Source of the DNA: Paraspadella gotoi | Taxonomy: Eukaryota; Animalia; Chaetognatha | NCBI GenBank assembly: GCA_051294375.1 | Contig: CM119264.1 | Coordinates: 20,920,438-20,984,437, forward strand | Reading direction: 5' to 3' | Length of the DNA stretch: 64,000 nucleotides | In this document: piece by piece, positions 44,470 to 64,000 of the stretch | Layout of the letters: each line of letters starts with the position of its first letter | How positions within the stretch are numbered: the stretch's first letter is position 1 | Position numbers and translations under genes: made by a program | Notes under the pieces: model-generated | Told to the model about the DNA's origin: nothing | What the model saw: the letters and a program-made list of their open reading frames with translations, nothing else | The model's database searches: none

Positions 44470-45482
44470 ATGAGCGCAAATTCAGTCGGCAATAAAGATT
44501 CGTCCACCCGTCTCATTTTAAGATGCCAACTCTTTCTTATCTTGTTTTGCACCCTCTTCACTGTTTGCATACATGCAGGACCAGGTATGTGCATTTTACT
44601 TAATGATGTTTAGTTGAATTTATAAAAATACATTATACTGCAGAGGGCGAAAACCATCACTTCAAATCGGAGGTCATGGCGAACCCTCAACTAAAACTTC
44701 TTGTCAATAATCTCCTACAACAACGCTCACGACAAGCGGACAATTCGGACATTGACGAGGACGATAATCCAAAGAGCGAATCAGATCATGGGTCGCCCGA
44801 AGTCGTCGACGAAGCATTCCAGAACTCTAGTGAAGAAACAGATCTCACCCCGACAGCCAACTACAAGATGATAAACGCCAAAAAGATGATGAAAAAATCT
44901 ATTTCACCGGCGTCGAGCGGGGATTTCGACAAAAGACCGGATCCTTATGGATTTGCTGGCGGTCTGGGAAAGAGGGCGGATCTGTATGGGTTTGCTGGTG
45001 GACTTGGTAAGAGACCTGATTCCTATGGGTTTGCCGGAGGATTGGGGAAAAGGGCAGATCCTTATGGCTTTGAAGGGAGTCTTGGTAAAAGACCAGATCC
45101 TTCCGGTTTTTCTGGAGGACTCGGAAAACGGCCAGATCCTTATGGATTTTCGGCAGGACTGGGGAAACGGCCAGATCCATATGGATTCGCTGGAGGACTC
45201 GGGAAAAGGCCTGATCCATATGGGTTTGCTGGAGGACTGGGAAAAAGGCCTGATCCTTATGGGTTTGCTGGAGGACTAGGGAAAAGGCCTGATCCTTATG
45301 GGTTTGCTGGAGGACTAGGGAAAAGGCCTGATCCTTATGGGTTTGCTGGAGGACTAGGGAAAAGGCCTGATCCTTATGGGTTTGCTGGTGGTTTGGGGAA
45401 ACGAGCTGATCCCTACGCTTTTGCCGGAGGACTTGGAAAAAGAGTCGATCCTTATGGATTCTCAGGAGGATTAGGTAAATGA
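44470..45482 (+). CDS. Allatostatin-A/buccalin-type neuropeptide precursor (317 aa)
   Basis: Exon 44470-44584 encodes a signal-peptide-like MSANSV...LFLILFCTLFTVCIHA. It splices in frame to 44644-45482, which has an acidic spacer and 14 tandem 39-bp KR-xDxYGFxGGL-G units (amidation Gly + dibasic sites). The F-x-GGL-amide ending matches molluscan buccalins. Confidence 0.9.
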
Positions 45483-46120
45483 TTTTATAATAATGATCCG
45501 GTTGATGATCTTGAACAACATACGGATTGACCGTCAACAGAATTGATTTTACTTCTTTGACTAATGTAATGGTTTTAAATGAATCAGCGCAAAAACGTTC
45601 GAAACATGTTCATTCTACTAAAAAGTCACTTATTTTTGTTCCTAAATATGAAAATGTTTCTTTATAAAGTACCGGCGCTGTATATCATACATTGACATTC
45701 TTAAACTAATTTTATCCGATTGCTCTAGCCGTCCCTAGCTAAAAAGTGCAAATCTATTGAATAAAATATTTCCTTAAAATTGTATTCAAACAAGTCTTAT
45801 AAATCACGATTTATATCATAAAAATGTCATTCATAGTTGAATTTCCTTGATCGAAATGTATGTATTGATATATGTGCACGAACAATTCATTATTGACACG
45901 TCTTTGATTCGTCACATAATATGTGAAAAAAAATTGCTTTGAACAACGTTTATTGCATTTATCTCATTTGAAAATTAAATTTAAATCATTTCAAAATTTG
46001 ACTATTTATATTTGACTTATAATTTTGGAAGGAGATTCATTCTATTTGACATTGAATATATAACTTTTATAAGGAAACCCTGGTTGCCACCCAGCCGCTA
46101 CCCCTGGGTTCTCCTGAACG

Positions 46121-47662
46121 TTACGCAGGTGAGACGTTCAATCCTCGAACTAACTTCGCTCCTATCCGCTTGGCGTCAATCACACCAGTGTTGAACAATA
46201 ATCGAATGAAGAGGTCGACAGTGGCTGACTCCGGAGCGATGCGACACCTAACGTATTTAAACTCTTTATATGTCATGATATTTTCTTTTCTTTAAAATTA
46301 ATGCTTCCAATCTCAGTATTTTAACATAGTTTATCATAGTTAGAAAACCTGAAAGTTTGTATGTAAAAAAAATTAAAGCAGTCATTAATTCAGTCTTATA
46401 TCATGTATAAATGTTAGTTAAGGAAACTGTCATTGATAATCAAGAATCACTGTTTTCAATACCATTCGATTAGAACAAGATGTGCCGCGTTTTCTGTTTT
46501 CCACGTTTTCCACTTTTTCAATGTCTCCTCTGGAACGCCCAATTGTGCTCCTAAATAGAAATCTTGTCTATTAGACTCTACTATTATTAATTCCAAAATG
46601 ATTTAAAAAAATTCTATGAAAATAATCAATATTATTATTATGATGTAATCGAATATTGAACGAAATACCGACGAGCTCCCACATCATCGACCCGTGTCCC
46701 GGTTGATCCTTCTTTGCGTTGCATCTTTTGTTCATCTCCTCCTCGAGACATAAAGCGACCTCAAGCGGCAGATCCTTCAACAATATCTTTTCTGTGATTG
46801 AATCGACCGGATCGAGAACGTCGGCGTGAGGGAGCGGAAGGCGCTGGAGAATCTTCGTCAAAGCGTCGGCCTCTATTTGGCGCGCTTTTCGGGGGCCTAA
46901 AAAATTGCGATGGAAAAGAAAAATAAAACTATTAGAACTATGTAAGAAAGAGAGACATAAAAGAGAAAGCCAGAGAGACGAAACCTTTTAAAAAGTAGGC
47001 GGTAAATTCCTCCATTTCCTCCATATCCTGCGTCCATCGAGATCTCTGCGAAGTTGCACCCAAAAATTAAAACAATTTTTAGACAGGCTCTCGCTTGTTA
47101 TGGTCAGATATCAGATTGGAATATAGCTCACATAATTTGTTTCAGAGGCCTCTGTCGCTTTCGCGGGTACATCTGCGGAGCGAGAAGCACTGAATTAAAC
47201 ATAGATTCTTAAATGCTATTAATGATTAACATCGTGTTCATAGTTAATGGGCAAAAACTGACTTTCTTAACCTTTCAAGAGACCCAGCGTTTCCTTCAAT
47301 CGGCCATTCTGTCGATGAAGGTGACAGCAGATGGCGTTGAGCTGCGTCACTCGCGTCTCCAGTTCCTCAAGGTGCAGAGTCATCTCTACCGTTTCGCGAC
47401 GGCTGATCGCGCTGCGTAAAAATAAAGTTAATACAAATAAAATTGATATATGAACGTTTTATTTATGTTTTCTAACGAAATTTGTAGACGGTCTCTCTTT
47501 CTCTCTCTCAACCGAGCATCACTCACTCGATCAAGCCATCCACCATTTTTCCCAAAGTGACGCCTATTCCCTCGTATTCCAACGCCGGGATTGGAGAGGG
47601 CGCCCTTGTCTGGGTCGACGCCGTATCGATCTGCGTGATTGACGGAGGTCGCAACGACCCCG

Positions 47663-47694
<32 letters not shown>

Positions 47695-50017
47695 GAAGAC
47701 GGAGTTTTTTTTAATTCCTTAGAGGGAAACATTGATAAATAATGAATATTAAAAAATTCAGAATGAAATTGTAATATAGTTATAATAATATAAACGCAAC
47801 AGTTGTACCTTTGATCCCGTAGGCGGTTCATCTTCTTCTTTAACAATTTTCTTCATCGACTTTGAAGCCAGACTCTCGTGCAAAGAGAGAGAATTCGGCA
47901 AATACCTGTTAACAAAAATCAAATGTTAAAGTTAGACAAAATGAACGTTTATATAGTAGGAAGAGACAAATCTCGGGTCAATCAGGAAGAAAAAAAAATA
48001 TATATATAATTATATATATATATTAAGATTTATCTTTGGGAAACAATAATAACACAAAATTAGCAGGATTGTTTTTTTTTTCAGTAAAGCAAAATGTTTT
48101 TAAACAAGTTTGAGCAAACAATGTCGGATCTGCTAATCGTTAATCAGCTAATAAGATGATAAATCACAATATTTAAAAAAAAAAATTTTAACTCGCATCA
48201 TTTTTTCAACTTGCATCATTTTTTTCACTTACATCATTTTTTCAACTCACATCATTTTTTCAATTTGTATCATTTTTACAATTTGCATCATTTTTCAACT
48301 TGCATCATTTTTTTAACTTGCATCATTTTTTTTAACTTGCATCATTTTTTTTAACTTGCATAATATTTTTAACGCACATAATTTTTTTAAATTGCATCAT
48401 TTTTTCACATTAATTAATTCATTAATTAATTGAAACATTTATTAGTAATCATAAATAATAAAGATTCAAGTAAATGTGACATATGTTTTTTTCCATATAA
48501 ACTCATTTCCACTGGCTTGATTCCGTCAAAACTATATCTTGCTTCTTCACACACTTTCCTACCCATACACAAAATTTCATCTCAATCTATTAATTCAATT
48601 ATGATTAATTCGAGTAATTATGGGTTAAAATAAGTAAAAAGATTCAAGTAAATGTGACTCATATTTTTTTCATTTAAACCCATTTCCACTCGCACGTTTC
48701 CGTCGAAATTTTATATCAAGCTTCGTCACACACTTTCCTACCCACACACAAAATTTCAACTCAATCTATCCTTCCAATTATGATTAATTAGAGTAATTAT
48801 TGGTTAAAATAAGTAAAAAGATTTTAGTAAATGTGACTTATGTTTTTTCCATTTAAACTCAATTCCACTTGCACGATTCCATCAAAACTTTATATCCAGC
48901 TTCATGACACACTTTCCTACCCACACATAAAATTTCATTCTAATCCAACCACCCAATCACGAGTTAATGGAGTTTTTTGCTAAGGTGGGACGGACGGACG
49001 ACGGACGGACGGACGGACGGACGGACGGACGGACGGACATCATTTTTTAAAAATAATTTTTCATAATTCGATGTTCTGACATGATGTAAGTGAATGCCCG
49101 ACAAGATTGAGGGGGCGGTCAGACGGACCGACAAAGTGAATTATAGAGTCGGGATCTGCTTTCAGCAGATCCGACTAAAAAGGTCATGGTCAAATATCAT
49201 TACCACTTTTCACCCGATTTGTCTCTACTTAAATTAACTTCTTCGCTACTTCCTACAATAACTGATACTCTACCAAAAAGCGGAACTTTCAGATTAACCT
49301 GCATCCCCTCTTTAGCGCATTCCTCACGGTTCCCAATATCTTTTTCAGTCCTTCGTTTTCGAGTTTAAGGAGATCGTTTTCTCTTTTAACCGCTTCTAAC
49401 GATTTTGCTGAAATAAACAAAATAATTTTTAATTATTGTCACAGGCTAATTAGGTTTTGAAAATCCAGGCTTTTTACCATACTGATACTCCGATTGAATT
49501 CCTGCCTCATTTCGTTTCTTATGTATATCTTACTTTTTATTTTTTATTTTCAGCCTAGACTGTTTTAGTGTACATACTTAGCCAAGAAAAACATTAGAAA
49601 AGCCCAGTTGATATCGAAATTCCTGCCCATCCTCTTATCCCTCCCAGGTCGCACCCTTGTTTTCCTTCTCCAATGCCTTCGTCGCCACGTTCGCCATCGT
49701 CGCCGCGAGACTTCCGCTTTGCTCCCTCCGTTTCTGGACCATCTGCTTGAAGCGGCTCTCTCGAACCGGGGACTCTTTCTGCGAGGAACGAAATAATAAA
49801 AATAATAAATAAATAAAAATAATAATAAAAAACGAAATAATAAAAACCATGGCAAGCTGTGGTTCGACTTTCAGCAAACAATATCTAAAACTATGTAACT
49901 ATAGATTAGTGATAAAGCGAAATATGGTTGTTTTAACAAAGATTCGACTTTATGACTCCTTGCCTTTGATTTTTGCTTGACCGTCTGAACGGACGGTAAT
50001 GTTTTTCTTGACGACAT
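46121..50017 (-). CDS. Multi-exon protein with C-terminal death domain
   Basis: The last three exons (~46897-46668, ~46551-46464, 46247-46121) join to LKDLPLEVALCLEEEMNK...MWELVGAQLGVPEETLKKWKTWKTENAAHLVLIEWCRIAPESATVDLFIRLLFNTGVIDAKRI...*, a typical death-domain pattern. Upstream low-complexity/basic exons lie at ~47.0-47.9, 49.3-49.8 and 50.0 kb; the start codon is tentative. Confidence 0.62.
48102..49177 (-). mobile_element. DINE-1/HINE-like element, full length, in an intron
   Basis: Both diagnostic termini, (GGAC)n, 18-bp tandem and subrepeats. Confidence 0.75.
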
Positions 50018-50082
50018 AGTATCCAACTGAAGTTTAAGAGAATGCGAGATAATTTTCGTATTAATATATATATATATATATA

Positions 50083-50116
<34 letters not shown>

Positions 50117-50499
50117 GCAAAGCCGAGTATTTCTCCTTGGAAATGAAATTATACAACACGTAGTCCTTTAAGAATGATCTCAGCAGCCAGTTAATATTTT
50201 TGTTGTATAAAAAGTTTTTTTCATTGTTTATGATCAAAGTCATTTTTCACAAGACATCATTGCTCACAGCTCATCTTTGAAATTAAAATAATTAAATACT
50301 TGTGAAAAATATTTTATTGTTCAATTCACATTTTTTAAAGGAATAAGCATGCAATCTGCCACCTGTTGGAATTTCTCATTAACAAGCATTAAAAAAAGAA
50401 CAATCATATATGAAAAGCAATTTATTAATTTTAATTGCTGTCTGTCTCAATAAACCTTTACTGGTTCTTTAGGAACTGTACGTTTGAAGGTAGTAATTA

Positions 50500-50538
<39 letters not shown>

Positions 50539-50618
50539 GCTGTCCTGTCTGTCTTTCTAATTTTAAATTTTTTATTAGCCATTGTGTTAATCCTTTCGGC
50601 TTCGTTGAGTGTAGAGAT

Positions 50619-50764
50619 TTAAACAAAGTTTGGAAATATTTTCGTCAACGATTTTTCATTTAATAATATACGGACATGTTCGACTCTTCATTTCTAACGC
50701 TGATGAAGACTCGAAATGAAGAAATGAAAAATCGTTGACGAAAATATTTCCAAACTTTGTTTAA
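50619..50764. repeat. 43-bp inverted repeat enclosing two halves of a hammerhead on opposite strands
   Basis: Arms 50619-50661 and 50722-50764. Plus strand carries AACGCTGATGAAGACTCGAAATGAAGA; minus strand carries GAAATGAAGAGTCGAACATGTCCGT. Confidence 0.7.
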
Positions 50765-51989
50765 TTTTTTTTATTTAACAATTAAGCAATTTTATAGTCA
50801 TTTCTGACTTTCGCCGATAGGAACAGCTCATTATGATATTTTCCATTCGTGTTTTGTTACTAAGTAATAAGTATGTTCTCCTCTGAAACTAATTTTTACA
50901 GGATCTGTAAGTTAGACCTTTACACTACTACTCTTCTTTCTGATTATATATAAAAATATTAATATTCAAGTAATTTAAAGTTTATTTAACAAAAAATACA
51001 GGATTCTCATTATCGGTCACTCTTGGTAAATAGCTGTTTTCAAAAAGACTTTTAGATAATATTTATCCAACCCAAAATCTCTCCGTGAACGATTTGGATC
51101 ATTTTTACTTTATTTGAACATTTATACAAAATGTCGATTACATTGACTTTAAAATCTTCCGTGAGTACTAAGGCGTAGTAAAATTTCTAAATTTAACTTT
51201 AAAAGTGAGGAACGAACAACATTATACTAATGAACATTTATGTAATAATAGCTGAAAATTAACTTTTTATATATTAAATATAGTTTTTTAAGTTTTTAAC
51301 CCACTTAATGAAAGAATTTTTAATGATTTATTAATTATTTATATTTTCTTTTATCAACTTTTGACGAGAAATTCAAATCTGCAATCAAAATTAAGAAAAG
51401 CCTATTTTGAAATTTTTCGATTTTATAAGTATAGTACTATAAATAAATATAGTCTACTGCGAAAATTAAAAAAAAACATAAAATTCATTTTTTTACAAAT
51501 TAATGTTCACTGATGGTATGTTGTTCATAATTGACTTTTAGAATTTCCGTACGTTACTTTCACTACGCTCTAGTGAGTACACCAAAGCAACCAAAGATAA
51601 AATCTCAAGTTACATTTTTTTTCTGAAGTGAAGGTGAGACGAGTAACGCAGTATTTACAATTAGTGCTTTTTATAACAAAGAAATTTGAAAGTAACCTAT
51701 TAGATTTAATCAAAGAACACACACACAAAAAAAAACCCCAAAAAACAAAGTATTCTTTCGTTTTTGGTTTGTCAAAATTTTTTAGCAAATTAAGAGAGTT
51801 TATCAAGTACAAAAGGTGTACGAAATATGGTAATTTGTTACTTTTTGAGGCTGAACTTTGTAACTACGACGTTTAGAGGCGATAAATTTGGATAAAACAA
51901 ATAAAACAAATCGCGGAAAATTAGTGGAATAAAAAATATGAATCGGGGAGAGAGGAGGAAAGACTGCAGTGAAAACAATTTGTCGCCAG

Positions 51990-52029
<40 letters not shown>

Positions 52030-52199
52030 AATGATGATGATGAAACTAATGATGATGATTATAATGAATATGATGATAATTTCTTTAAGAAGAAGATTTA
52101 AGAGATTTTTCATCATTTACTCATGGTGAGAGACATTGATATAACGAGGTGAGACATTTTTTTCAGTTTTCCTTTTCGCCCGGTTATTGCTCGTTCGCT

Positions 52200-62708
<10,509 letters not shown>

Positions 62709-63011
62709 TTATTTTAAAATTTTTAAAAGTCATATGTTAAATTTTATTTTAAAATTTTTAAAAGTCATACCCCCCAAAAATTTAAAATTTAGTAAATTAA
62801 GTTCAACAATATTTAATTTTTTCTTTGATGTACGACCATAATTTAAGTTTTGGACCGCACTGTACTGATTCGTCTGTGTTTTCGTTGTTTTTTTTTTTTT
62901 TCGATATTTCGACTCTACACTGTACTGATTTTTTCGTGACTATTTTTAAATGAAAAAAAATTGTACCACCATCATCTTTTCTTAACATCAGTTTATGTAT
63001 TAAGGGCAGTG

Positions 63012-63072
<61 letters not shown>

Positions 63073-63223
63073 TCGTGGGCTTGTAAAGTGACGTCCTTTC
63101 ACCGTAAAACATCTCCGGTCAAAGTGAGTTACAATCGGTTAGGATTTTGGGGCAGAGGAGCCAAATTGGTGACGATTTCATAGCAGGTAAAAGAGAATGA
63201 TGATTTTAATGATTGACGATGAC

Positions 63224-63260
<37 letters not shown>

Positions 63261-64000
63261 ATGATAGAGATTTCTAAGGTCGATGATGGCTAATGATCAA
63301 AACCATGAGAGATGTACAATACGTAAATTGACTTCATTTTTCTTACGTTCAAGTAAGTAAAAGTCGAGTACTGAATGTCAAGAACAATCATTAATAGTTT
63401 ATCCTCGACGGGTGGTCATTTGGGTTGGACAATGAGTATTTAACAAGAGAAGGAGATAACTAATAGTTAAGCGAGAATGCTTGAGAATTTAATATCGGTT
63501 GAAATTCATAACTCGTCCACATCGATCGTCCGCATCGATCGTCGACTGAAAATTTTCTTTCGATTTACGTCAGAGGGAGAGAAAATTATGAGGAAGATTT
63601 TGACGATGATTTTTGTTTCGAAAACAAAATAAAAACTTGGTCAAAATACAGTCAAAATTACGAGGAAGACAAAAGATAATCCGACCCAGTTTTCGATATT
63701 CTTCGAAAGAGATTAAAACTGTAAAAAAAACTATTTTCAAACTACTTTAAATTGTTTATAAAAATGTGCATTGTGACCTTGTTTTACCACGAATTTCTCC
63801 AACCGGTCGGGTGTCCCGCTCTTCCATCAGGTAAGATAAAATTTCTTTACTACTTCAGAATTCTTGAAAAATTACAATTGAAATTAAAATTAAAAAAAAA
63901 ATATTAGAAAGATTTCATTTTTTTGCTGTGTTCCTATCCAGCTGAAAATAAGCCAACCCCAGCGAAATTATTCTTTTAGCCTAATTTTTTTATTTCTTTT

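Noticed and set aside
44899-45537. Antisense 212-aa and shifted-frame ORFs over the neuropeptide repeats
   Set aside because: Shadow ORFs of the 39-bp coding repeat.
51838-52129. Poly-Ile / poly-Met ORFs
   Set aside because: (GAT)n microsatellite in the ARHGAP39 3' region.

Overview
AT-rich, intron-rich animal genomic DNA; the buccalin-type neuropeptide and the tropomyosin C-terminus ELEQTFNEMAGY suggest a lophotrochozoan. One N gap lies at 1571-1595. Genes reconstructed by hand from splice sites: (1) a multi-exon PKD1-like polycystin (+, about 3.7-23.0 kb) with a complete tropomyosin gene nested antisense in one intron; (2) a ZU5-like/death-domain gene (+, 26.5-31.0 kb); (3) an allatostatin-A/buccalin precursor with 14 amidated peptides (+, 44.5-45.5 kb); (4) a second death-domain gene (-, 46.1-50.0 kb); (5) the 3' RhoGAP part of an ARHGAP39/vilse orthologue (-, 52.2-62.7 kb). 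Introns and intergenic DNA hold DINE-1/HINE-like elements, a non-autonomous hAT element, a Tc1 relic and Penelope-type minimal hammerhead ribozymes. The most notable signal is three sequence-divergent families of short non-coding elements (8 motif copies). Each places a circularly permuted (type P5) twister ribozyme fold directly behind a tRNA-like or Pol III A/B-box head. The stems and pseudoknot covary between families, P1 is reduced to a self-complementary palindrome, and one family occurs as head-to-tail ~420-bp repeats. This suggests a twister-based retrozyme/SINE system that may need to dimerise. All calls come from reading the sequence by eye; no searches or folding programs were run.
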